From NCBI GenBank assembly GCA_964481395.1, contig CAYZYG010000009.1:959-64958 (forward strand): a stretch of DNA of 64,000 nucleotides, read 5' to 3'. The position numbers and the translations under genes were made by a program. The first letter of the stretch is position 1. Every line of letters starts with the position of its first letter. Under the pieces are notes generated by a model that saw nothing but the letters and a program-made list of their open reading frames with translations, was not told where the DNA came from and did not search any database. The DNA is from an uncultured Vicinamibacterales bacterium. GTDB taxonomy: Bacteria > Acidobacteriota > Vicinamibacteria > Vicinamibacterales > JAKQTR01. Positions 52,671-60,696 of this stretch are shown piece after piece.

Positions 52671-54089
52671 ATGTCGCCGGTGCAGAACTCACTCGCCCTG
52701 ACGCCCGCTACGCAATCAGACCGCCTGCACGGCTGGAAAGAGATCGCGTCCTATCTCGGGCGCGGCGTGCGCACGGTGCAGCGCTGGGAGCGCGAGCTGG
52801 GCCTGCCGGTCTACCGGTTCGTGACGAAGGGGTCAGAGGTCGTCTACGCGCGGCGCGGCGAACTCGATGCCTGGATGAGTTCGACGGAGCGCACCCGGGC
52901 GGGTGGTCCGACTGCTCCGGAACAGCCGTCCGAACCCGAGCCTGCTCTGCTTCGGCGGCACGTGACACGCCTCGATCTCGGCTGGGCTGCACTGGCGATC
53001 GCGGTGTTCGTCGTGCTGCTGATGGGACTGGCCAACAGGCTGCCGGCCACGCTCTGGCCGTTCGGCGCCGGTCCTCCCGCGGAGGCGCCAGTCTCGGCCC
53101 GCTTCGACCATCAGCGCCTGCAGGTCTTCGACGCCCAGGGCTCTCCTGTCTGGGAGCATCCGTTCGAGTTCCCCGTTGACGAGGGCGTGTATCGTTCGGG
53201 GTTTCTCGCCGATGGCCAGGCTCCAGGGATCGTCGTCGATGATGTGAACACCGACGGCGAACCCGAGGTCCTGCTCGTGCCGTGGGCCGCAGATTCAGGA
53301 AACCGGCGCCTCTACTGCTTCGGCTCGCGCGGTACTCTGCTGTTCTCTGCGCCGACCCTCCGTGCGGAGTCGGGTCGTCTCGCCCGCCGCGCGCAGGAAT
53401 TCAGTGCCGGGCGTTTCGCGGTCACCGGCAGCGCCGGCGGGGCGAAGTCGATCTGGGTGAGCTTGCCTCACGCCTACAGGCCCGAGACGATCGTGCAGCG
53501 CCTGGATGGCCGGGGCCGCCTGGTCTCTGAGTACGCGAGCGGCGGCACGGTCACGCTGTTGAAGGCGCTCTCCGTGAACGGACACCGCGTGATGCTGGTG
53601 GGTGGAACGAGCGCCGACTTGCAGGCGGCCACGCTCGCGGTCCTGGACTACGACGACGCCGCAGGACAGGAACCGACCGGCGCCGTCGCCGGATGCGCGG
53701 ATTGCAGCACGGCCGCACCGCTGGCGTTCCTCGCCTATCCCCGCCTGGCCGTCGCGGCGGCCGTGTCGCGGCCTCCCCTCGTCACCGCTGTGCAGACGCG
53801 CGCCGACGGCGGCCTGGACGTGTCCGTTCTGCAGGCCCGGCTGGGTATCGCTGCCGACCGCCCGTTCACGCATGCGGTGGTCGTCTACAGTTTCTCGCCG
53901 GACCTTCGCCTTGAATCGGCGATGGCAACCGAGGGCTACCTGCTGGCGCACTCGCAGCTGCAACTGGCAGGCAGTCTGGCGCGGCCGTTCGGCGAGGACG
54001 ACCGACGTGCGATGTTGCCCGTGCGCGCCTGGCAGGGCGACGGTTTCGGGGCGGTGGCGCTGGGAGATCGGATTCCGTTCACACGGTAG
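52671..54089 (+). CDS. HTH-domain membrane-anchored protein with a large extracytoplasmic domain
   Basis: ATG at 52671. HGWKEIASYLGRGVRTVQRWERELGLPV is an excisionase/MerR-like HTH. One TM (LGWAALAIAVFVVLLMGL) is followed by about 370 aa of unknown function. Confidence 0.6.
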   Translation: MSPVQNSLALTPATQSDRLHGWKEIASYLGRGVRTVQRWERELGLPVYRFVTKGSEVVYARRGELDAWMSSTERTRAGGPTAPEQPSEPEPALLRRHVTRLDLGWAALAIAVFVVLLMGLANRLPATLWPFGAGPPAEAPVSARFDHQRLQVFDAQGSPVWEHPFEFPVDEGVYRSGFLADGQAPGIVVDDVNTDGEPEVLLVPWAADSGNRRLYCFGSRGTLLFSAPTLRAESGRLARRAQEFSAGRFAVTGSAGGAKSIWVSLPHAYRPETIVQRLDGRGRLVSEYASGGTVTLLKALSVNGHRVMLVGGTSADLQAATLAVLDYDDAAGQEPTGAVAGCADCSTAAPLAFLAYPRLAVAAAVSRPPLVTAVQTRADGGLDVSVLQARLGIAADRPFTHAVVVYSFSPDLRLESAMATEGYLLAHSQLQLAGSLARPFGEDDRRAMLPVRAWQGDGFGAVALGDRIPFTR

Positions 54090-54274
54090 TCCCCCTCTCG
54101 TCGGCCGCGCGCGGCTTCGCGTCGCTCCACCGGTCACTTACGAGAAGCGCGTCGTGGCTCGACGGGCTCTCGTCGTGTCGGTTCTGCCCGACCTGAGACG
54201 GGACGACGTGAGGCCGAGGTAGAATTCGACTCGTCGGCAGCAGCTTCAGGCCGTCGAGACGTCCGGAGGGAGCC

Positions 54275-55351
54275 ATGCGAGTGCGGGTGGCTGTCTGCGC
54301 CATGGTCTGGTCGTGTCTGGCGGGATCGGTGGTCGGCCTGTCGGCCACGCCACCGCAATCCGATGCGCGGCCGACGATCACCGTCGGGAACGTTACCGCG
54401 TCCCGGGGGCAGGTGGCGACGGGCTTCATTCAGGTCCCGGCGGGTTCGGATGACGAACTGAAGATTCCCGTCGCCGTCGTACACGGCGCGAAGCCCGGCC
54501 CTGTTCTCGCGCTGGTGGCTGGCCTGCACGGTACGGAGTACGCGTCGATCGTCGCCCTGGAGCAGCTCATCGGCGGCCTCGACGCCACGATGATTTCCGG
54601 CACCGTCATCATCGTACCGCTGGTGAACGTCCCGTCGTTCGAGCGCAAGACGGCTCACCTCAACCCCGTCGACGGGAAGAACATGAACCGCACGTTTCCC
54701 GGACGAGCCGACGGCACGCAGAGCGAGCGCGCGGCGCTCGCCCTCACGCGGGAAGTCGTGGACCAATGCGATCACCTCATCGACCTGCACGGCGGGGATC
54801 TCGACGAGAGCCTGCGGCCGTATGCTTACTGGACGGTCACCGGCGACCGCCGCCAGGACGCGATCTCGCGGGAGATGGCGCTGGCGTTCGGCCTCGACCA
54901 CATCATCATCTCCGCGGACCGGCCGCGGGACCCGAGCCAGTCGCGCTATCTCGAGAACACCGCCACGCTGAGCGGCAAGCCCTCCCTGACCGCTGAAGCA
55001 GGACACGCCGGGCGAACCGACGCCGAGGACGTGACGGTGCTGGTCGACGGGTGCCTGAACGTGATGCGGTACCTGCGCATGCTGCCGGGCGCGCCGTCAG
55101 TCGTCGAGAACCCGGTATGGATCGAATCGACCGCGAGCATCACGAGTTCGCAGACGGGCCTGTTCTACCCCCTTGTGAAGCGCGGCGCTTACGTGCAGCA
55201 GGGGATGAAGGTCGGCTACGTCACCGACTTCTTCGGGAAAGTCGTCTTCGAGGCCCGCGCGCCGGAATCTGGCGTCATCCTCTACATTCGCGCCGTGCCG
55301 TCAATGACGAAGGGCGAAACGATCGCGAGCGTCGGCGTCGTCAGGCGCTGA
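54275..55351 (+). CDS. Succinylglutamate desuccinylase/aspartoacylase (AstE/AspA, M14-like) family protein, exported
   Basis: Signal peptide. LVAGLHGTEY, NMNRTFPG and DLHGGD motifs. Confidence 0.85.
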   Translation: MRVRVAVCAMVWSCLAGSVVGLSATPPQSDARPTITVGNVTASRGQVATGFIQVPAGSDDELKIPVAVVHGAKPGPVLALVAGLHGTEYASIVALEQLIGGLDATMISGTVIIVPLVNVPSFERKTAHLNPVDGKNMNRTFPGRADGTQSERAALALTREVVDQCDHLIDLHGGDLDESLRPYAYWTVTGDRRQDAISREMALAFGLDHIIISADRPRDPSQSRYLENTATLSGKPSLTAEAGHAGRTDAEDVTVLVDGCLNVMRYLRMLPGAPSVVENPVWIESTASITSSQTGLFYPLVKRGAYVQQGMKVGYVTDFFGKVVFEARAPESGVILYIRAVPSMTKGETIASVGVVRR

Positions 55352-55430
55352 ACCCGCGTCACGGCCGCAGCGACGCCGAGCAGCCATTCCCGCAGATCGG
55401 CGATAATGGGGAGACTCCGAGCCTTGATTG

Positions 55431-58400
55431 ATGACCTGCCCCCGATGCGGTACCAGCGCGCCGCCACGTGACGGTGTCTGCGGAACCTGCGGCGAACCAT
55501 CGCCTGCGGGCGACCAGACCATCCTGCCGGGCGGCCAGCTGCCAGCGGACCAGACCACCCTGCCTTCTGCCGCGGGCGTCGGCGGCGACGAGGCCCCTCT
55601 CGTGCCAGATGCCCCGGGCGCGACGATGGTGCCGTCCCGACCGCCCGATCCCGACTCGACGATCCTGCCGCAGACGAGTCCGGCGCCTGAGGCGACGGTC
55701 TTGCCCTTGGTGCCGGCGGACCCCGACGGAACCGTTACACCAGAAAGCCGCCCCCCGGCGCGTTCGCGCACCAATACCGGATCGTCGGTTGGCACGACTG
55801 GCGGCGCGAGCGCGGTCCTCGAAGTCGGCCAACCGTTCGGAAGCCGGTATCACATCATCCGGGTTCTCGGCGAAGGCGGGATGGGCGCCGTCTACCAGGC
55901 CTGGGACGAGGAGTTGGGCGTGGCCGTCGCGCTCAAGGTGATCAGGCCCGAGGTGCTGAGCGATCCCGTCCAGGCGAGGGAGCTTGAACGCCGCTTCAAG
56001 CGCGAGCTGCTGCTGGCGCGTCAGGTCACGCACAAGAACGTCGTCCGCATTCACGATCTCGGCGAAGTCGAGGGCATCAAGTACATCACGATGACCTTCG
56101 TGCACGGCGACGACCTGGCCACCGCGCTGAAGAAGGACGGGCGGCTCCCGGTGCCGCGCGTACTCGCAGCTGCACGGCAGGTCGTGTCCGGCTTGCAGGC
56201 CGCGCACGAGGCGGGCGTGGTGCACCGCGACCTGAAACCCGCCAACATCATGATGGACGCCGACGGCAGCGCGCTCATCATGGACTTCGGCATCGCGCTG
56301 TCGACCGGTGACGGCGAGAAGAAGACCGGGCAGGCGGGCGCGGCCGCGCAAGCGTCTGCCGTCCAGGATGACGCCGCCACCATGATGGGGGCGCCGCCGC
56401 CGCCAGACCTGATGCGGGCGACCGGCAGCGGCACCATCCTCAGCACGCGCTCGGGCGGCATCGTCGGCACGCTGGAGTACATGGCGCCCGAACAGGCCCG
56501 AGGCGAGAAGGTCGATCACCGCGCGGACATCTACGCGTTCGGGCTGATTCTCTCAGACCTGCTGACGGGACGACGCGAGGCCAAACCCGGGTCGACCCCG
56601 TGGGACACGCTGACGGATCGCATTACCACCGCCCCCGCGCCACTGCGCGGACGGTGCGCCGACATCCCAGAAGCGCTGGATGCCGTCGTCACGAAGTGCG
56701 TGCAACTCGATCCGGCGGCTCGCTATCAGACGACGGCCGAACTGGCCGCGGCCCTCTCGCGGCTGGACGATGAAGGGAACTCGATACCCGAGCCGGTCGT
56801 GAAGCGCTTCACACCGAAGGTCCTGGCCGCCGCGGCAGCCCTGGTCATGACGCTGGTTGGCGGGACGTACTTCCTGGCCCGAGGGCCGGGAGAGGCGCCG
56901 CCTCCGCCAGAGCCGATGTCGGTGCTGATTGCCGATTTCGCCAACAACACCCAGGAGCCTGTGTTCAATGGCCTGATCGAGCAGGCGATGACCGTCGGCG
57001 TCGAAGGCGCCTCCTTCGTGTCCGCGTACCCGCGCGCCGACGCGTTGAAGGTGGCCGGCCAGGTCAGACCCGGCAGCAGACTCGACGACGCGACGGCGGC
57101 GCTCGTCGCGCTGCGTGAAGGCGTGGACCGGGTCATCACGGGCGCCATCAGCAAGGACGGCTCCCGCTATCGGGTCGACGTGAGACTGATCGATCCTTCG
57201 GAGGCCGCGGAACAGCAGGTGCTGGCTTCGTGGGACGGACAGGCGTCCGACCGGGACGCCGTCCTTCCGGCGGTGGCCCGTCTGGCCACCAGCGTCCGCG
57301 AGGGGCTTGGTGATACGACGGCCGCGAGCGACGCCACGCGCGATGAGGAGAGCTTCACGGCCTCGTCGCTCGAGGCTGCGCAGGCGTACACGGCGGCTCA
57401 GGAGTTCCAATGGGCCGGCAAGTACCAGGAGGCCTTCGACCAGTACAAGCGGGCCTCGGAGCTCGATCCCACCATGGGGCGGGCATTCTCGGGGCTCGGG
57501 GCGATGGCGAGCAGCCTCGGGCGGACCGCCGAGGCGGAGGAGTACTACAAGCAAGCGCTCGGGCGGCTGAATCGCATGACGGACCGGGAGAAGTACCGCA
57601 CGCGTGGCGGCTACTATCTGCTCACGCGCAACTCGGACAAGGCGCGCGAGGAGATGCAGGCGCTCGTTCAGCAGTACCCGGCCGACAGTGCGGGCCTGAT
57701 CAACCTGGCGCTGGCCGAATTCTACCGGCGCAACATGGCGAAGTCCGTCGAACTGGGGCTCCAGGCATCTGCTCTCCTGCCGCGCAACGTGCTGTACAAG
57801 AACAACACCGCGTTGTTCGCGATGTACGCCGGCAACTTCGAGCTGGCCGAGAAGGAAGCCAGCGGCGTGCTCGAGATCAACCCCGAGTTCGCGAAGGCGT
57901 TTGTGGCCATCGCGTTGTCGCAGCTTGCGCTCGACCGGGTGGCCGATGCCGACACGACGTGGCGACGCCTGGAACCGCTGCCAGGGTCGGCCACGTGGTT
58001 CGAGGCCCTCGGGCTGGCCGATCTGGCCATGTACCAGGGCAAGCTCTCCGATGCCGCCACGCTCCTTGACGCGGCCGTGAAGGCCGAGGCCGACCCGTCG
58101 CGCCAGGCCCGGCTGCTCGTGACGCTGGCCGAGGTCAGGAACCTCCAGGGGCGCTGGCGCGACGCCGTGAAGCTGGCCCGGCAGGCTACGACGGTGAGCG
58201 ATCGAGCCAGCATCGCGTTCCTGGCCGGGCGCGAGCTTGCGAAGGGCGGGCAGACGAGAGAAGCCTTCGAGATCGTCCGCAAGCTCCTGCAGCGCCTCGA
58301 CGCCGAGTCGCTGGCCAACGCCCGCGTCCTCGAAGGCGAGATCGCGCTCGAGGAGAACGATCCGCGCAAGGCCATCGAGCGCTTCAAGACGGCTCAGCAG

Positions 58401-58706
58401 TTCGCCGACTCCTGGCTGGGCCGCTTCGGCCTCGGACGCGCGTACCTCGCCGCGGGCGCGATTGCCGAGGCCGACTCGGAGTTCGACCTCTGCTTCAAGC
58501 GGCGCGGCGAGGCCACAGCCGTGCTGCTCGACGACGTGCCGACGTACCGGCTGTTCGCGCCGGTGCTGTACTACCAGGGCCGTGTCCGGCAGGAGTTGGG
58601 CAGTCCCGACGCGTCCGCGTCGTACGAGGCATTCGTGGCGCTGAAGGCGAACGGCGACGAGCAGGGGCTCGTGGCCGACGCCCGCACGCGGCTGGCCGCG
58701 CAGTAG
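55431..58706 (+). CDS. Ser/Thr protein kinase with an N-terminal zinc ribbon, TM segment and extracytoplasmic TPR region
   Basis: CPRCG...CGTCG. Kinase motifs GEGGMGAVY, VALKV, HRDLKPANIM, DFG and YMAPE. One TM. C-terminal TPR-like repeats. Confidence 0.9.
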   Translation: MTCPRCGTSAPPRDGVCGTCGEPSPAGDQTILPGGQLPADQTTLPSAAGVGGDEAPLVPDAPGATMVPSRPPDPDSTILPQTSPAPEATVLPLVPADPDGTVTPESRPPARSRTNTGSSVGTTGGASAVLEVGQPFGSRYHIIRVLGEGGMGAVYQAWDEELGVAVALKVIRPEVLSDPVQARELERRFKRELLLARQVTHKNVVRIHDLGEVEGIKYITMTFVHGDDLATALKKDGRLPVPRVLAAARQVVSGLQAAHEAGVVHRDLKPANIMMDADGSALIMDFGIALSTGDGEKKTGQAGAAAQASAVQDDAATMMGAPPPPDLMRATGSGTILSTRSGGIVGTLEYMAPEQARGEKVDHRADIYAFGLILSDLLTGRREAKPGSTPWDTLTDRITTAPAPLRGRCADIPEALDAVVTKCVQLDPAARYQTTAELAAALSRLDDEGNSIPEPVVKRFTPKVLAAAAALVMTLVGGTYFLARGPGEAPPPPEPMSVLIADFANNTQEPVFNGLIEQAMTVGVEGASFVSAYPRADALKVAGQVRPGSRLDDATAALVALREGVDRVITGAISKDGSRYRVDVRLIDPSEAAEQQVLASWDGQASDRDAVLPAVARLATSVREGLGDTTAASDATRDEESFTASSLEAAQAYTAAQEFQWAGKYQEAFDQYKRASELDPTMGRAFSGLGAMASSLGRTAEAEEYYKQALGRLNRMTDREKYRTRGGYYLLTRNSDKAREEMQALVQQYPADSAGLINLALAEFYRRNMAKSVELGLQASALLPRNVLYKNNTALFAMYAGNFELAEKEASGVLEINPEFAKAFVAIALSQLALDRVADADTTWRRLEPLPGSATWFEALGLADLAMYQGKLSDAATLLDAAVKAEADPSRQARLLVTLAEVRNLQGRWRDAVKLARQATTVSDRASIAFLAGRELAKGGQTREAFEIVRKLLQRLDAESLANARVLEGEIALEENDPRKAIERFKTAQQFADSWLGRFGLGRAYLAAGAIAEADSEFDLCFKRRGEATAVLLDDVPTYRLFAPVLYYQGRVRQELGSPDASASYEAFVALKANGDEQGLVADARTRLAAQ

Positions 58707-58780
58707 GCTTGACCGCCGGTTCGCGAGGACACTCGGTCTCGAGTGTTGACGGCCGCGTAGTAAGACGATATCTTACCTTC

Positions 58781-59032
58781 ATGACCACCGTGATCTCCAG
58801 CAAGGGCCAGATCGTGCTCCCCGCCGAGATCCGAAGGCAGGACGACATCCGCCCGGGGGAGGAGTTCAAGGTCGAGCGCCTCGATCCCGGAGAGTACCGT
58901 CTGACGCGTCTGACTCGGAGGAAGAACGCCGGCCTCGTGGATGTGCTCCTGTCGTGTCCGGCAGAGGGCGGGCTCAGTCCGATCGACCGGACGGAGACGA
59001 CCGACGACATCCATCTCCCGGGCGTGGCCTGA
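58781..59032 (+). CDS. AbrB/MazE/SpoVT-type antitoxin (VapB-like)
   Basis: TVISSKGQIVLPAEIRR is the SpoVT/AbrB swapped-hairpin motif. The stop overlaps the toxin ATG. Confidence 0.85.
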   Translation: MTTVISSKGQIVLPAEIRRQDDIRPGEEFKVERLDPGEYRLTRLTRRKNAGLVDVLLSCPAEGGLSPIDRTETTDDIHLPGVA

Positions 59033-59460
59033 TGTTCCTCGTCGATGCGAACGTGCTCAGTGAGGCCACGAAGCCTCAGCCGGACCGAAAGGTCGTCGAC
59101 TGGCTGCGCGCGAACGAAGCGACGATCGTCGTGGACGCCATCGTGCTCGGAGAACTGCGGGCCGGCGTCCTCACACGGCCGGCCGGACGCAAGCGCGAGC
59201 AACTCGAGCGCTGGTTTGCCGTACTGGTTGAGACCGTCGAGTGCGTTCCCTGGGACGCTCGGGTCGGCCTGCGATGGGCCGGACTGATTGCCGATCTCAG
59301 ACGGCGCGGGCGCACGCTGCCGCTCCTCGACAGTATGATTGCCGCGACCGCGTTGGAGCACGAGTTCACTGTGGTGACCCGCAACGTCCGTGACTTCCGT
59401 CGGGCGGGCGTGAAGGTTCTGGATCCGTTCGCGTCACAGCCGAAATCACGGCCGGAGTGA
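59032..59460 (+). CDS. vapC: PIN-domain toxin VapC
   Basis: MFLVDANVLSE...DSMIAATA...VVTRNVRDF. Confidence 0.9.
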   Translation: MFLVDANVLSEATKPQPDRKVVDWLRANEATIVVDAIVLGELRAGVLTRPAGRKREQLERWFAVLVETVECVPWDARVGLRWAGLIADLRRRGRTLPLLDSMIAATALEHEFTVVTRNVRDFRRAGVKVLDPFASQPKSRPE

Positions 59461-59530
59461 TTCCGGCCGAAGACCGAAATCATCCACCGAAATCAGTCCG
59501 GGAGTGTCCGGGAGTGATTGCGCGAACCGC

Positions 59531-60586
59531 ATGCCTGTTGCCATCACCCGTGGCGTGAGCGCGTCGCTGGCCTCGTGCGAGCTGACGCACCTGGCGCGGG
59601 CGCCGATTGACCTGAACCTGGCTTGCGCCCAGCACGCGGCGTACGAGGCGGCGCTCGAGCGCGCGGGCTGCCGGGTCGTCTGCCTGCCGCCGCTGGACGA
59701 CTGTCCGGATGCGGTGTTCGTCGAGGACGTCGCGGTGGTGCTCGACGAGATCGCCATCGTCACGAGGCCTGGTGCGGAGTCCAGGCGGGGCGAGGTCGAA
59801 TCCGTTGCGCGGGCGCTCGGGGGCTACCGCAGCGTCAGGCGCATCGAGCCGCCGGGCACGCTCGACGGCGGGGACGTGCTGAGGCTCGGCCGGCGAATCT
59901 ACGTCGGCTTGTCCGGGCGCAGCAACCAGAGCGGGATCGAGCAACTCGGGGCGATGCTGGCCCCGCACGGCTACGAGGTCACGGCCGTGCCCGTGACCGG
60001 CTGCCTGCACCTGAAGTCGGCGGTGACGGAAGTTGCCCTGGGCGTGATCCTCGTCAATCCCGAGTGGGTGAACGCGGCTACGTTCGTCGATGTGGAGGTG
60101 ATCGAGGTCGATCCCGCCGAGCCTTACGCGGCGAACGGGCTGTTCATCGCCTCGCCGCCGGCTGCGCCCGCGCCCGCCGAGCCACCAGCGTTATCTGCGA
60201 ACCTCCCCCGGGTCGTCATTCCGGGGCCGGATCCCTCGGCCTGTCCGTTGGGGGCCGAGGGGCGGGCGGCACCAGGAATCCGGCCCTGGATTCCCACTTC
60301 CGCGGGAATGACGCCAGGAACTCCCAGGGCCTGTCCCAGCGCGTCCTGGCCCACGCGCTGGGACGAGGCAGCACCGAGTCCCGAATCCCGATTCCCGACT
60401 CCCGACGAGAGTCACCTCTGCGTCCGTCTCCCGCCGTCCCACTCGACGCTCATCTACCCCGCATCGTTTCCCCGCACGCGCGCCCGGCTGGAAGCTCACG
60501 GCATTCGACTTGAGATCGTCGACGTCTCGGAGCTGCAGAAGGCCGAAGGCGCGGTGACCTGCTGCAGCCTGGTGTTTCGCGACTAA
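59531..60586 (+). CDS. Dimethylarginine dimethylaminohydrolase (DDAH/amidinotransferase fold) carrying an in-frame insertion of about 99 codons derived from repeat elements
   Basis: VFVEDVAVV, TRPGAESRRGE, LDGGDV, CLHLKS (His) and GAVTCCSL (Cys) align with DDAH. The segment 60149-60445 has no DDAH counterpart and contains the MITE-like and heptamer repeats. Confidence 0.75.
   Translation: MPVAITRGVSASLASCELTHLARAPIDLNLACAQHAAYEAALERAGCRVVCLPPLDDCPDAVFVEDVAVVLDEIAIVTRPGAESRRGEVESVARALGGYRSVRRIEPPGTLDGGDVLRLGRRIYVGLSGRSNQSGIEQLGAMLAPHGYEVTAVPVTGCLHLKSAVTEVALGVILVNPEWVNAATFVDVEVIEVDPAEPYAANGLFIASPPAAPAPAEPPALSANLPRVVIPGPDPSACPLGAEGRAAPGIRPWIPTSAGMTPGTPRACPSASWPTRWDEAAPSPESRFPTPDESHLCVRLPPSHSTLIYPASFPRTRARLEAHGIRLEIVDVSELQKAEGAVTCCSLVFRD
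60215..60312. repeat. MITE-like inverted-repeat element, copy 2, located inside the DDAH reading frame
   Basis: GTCATTCCGGGG...CTGGATTCCCACTTCCGCGGGAATGAC. Same termini and right arm as copy 1 at 24009-24074. Followed at 60378-60405 by GTCCCGA ATCCCGA TTCCCGA CTCCCGA. Confidence 0.8.
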
Positions 60587-60600
60587 CCGTACAGACGAAC

Positions 60601-60629
60601 GGCGGGTGCGGCCCGCTGCCGCACCCGCC
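60601..60629. terminator. 12-bp perfect hairpin GGCGGGTGCGGC-CCGCT-GCCGCACCCGCC between convergent genes
   Basis: Read directly. Begins 15 nt after the DDAH stop. Confidence 0.6.
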
Positions 60630-60630
60630 G

Positions 60631-60690
60631 CCGTTCGTCCCGTCCGTTCGTCCCGTTCGTCCCGTTCGTCCCGTTCGTCCCGTCCGTCCG
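60631..60690. repeat. 9-bp tandem repeat (CCGTTCGTC, about 6 units with CCGTCCGT variants)
   Basis: CCGTTCGTC CCGTCCGTTCGTC CCGTTCGTC CCGTTCGTC CCGTTCGTC CCGTCCGTCC. Confidence 0.85.
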
Positions 60691-60696
60691 GCTCGG

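Noticed and set aside
32760-59460. The two VapBC-type modules (32760-33436 and 58781-59460) as boundaries of a mobile island.
   Set aside because: The antitoxins belong to different families. There are no integrase, tRNA, direct-repeat or compositional boundaries. The genes in between are ordinary housekeeping or accessory chromosomal genes.
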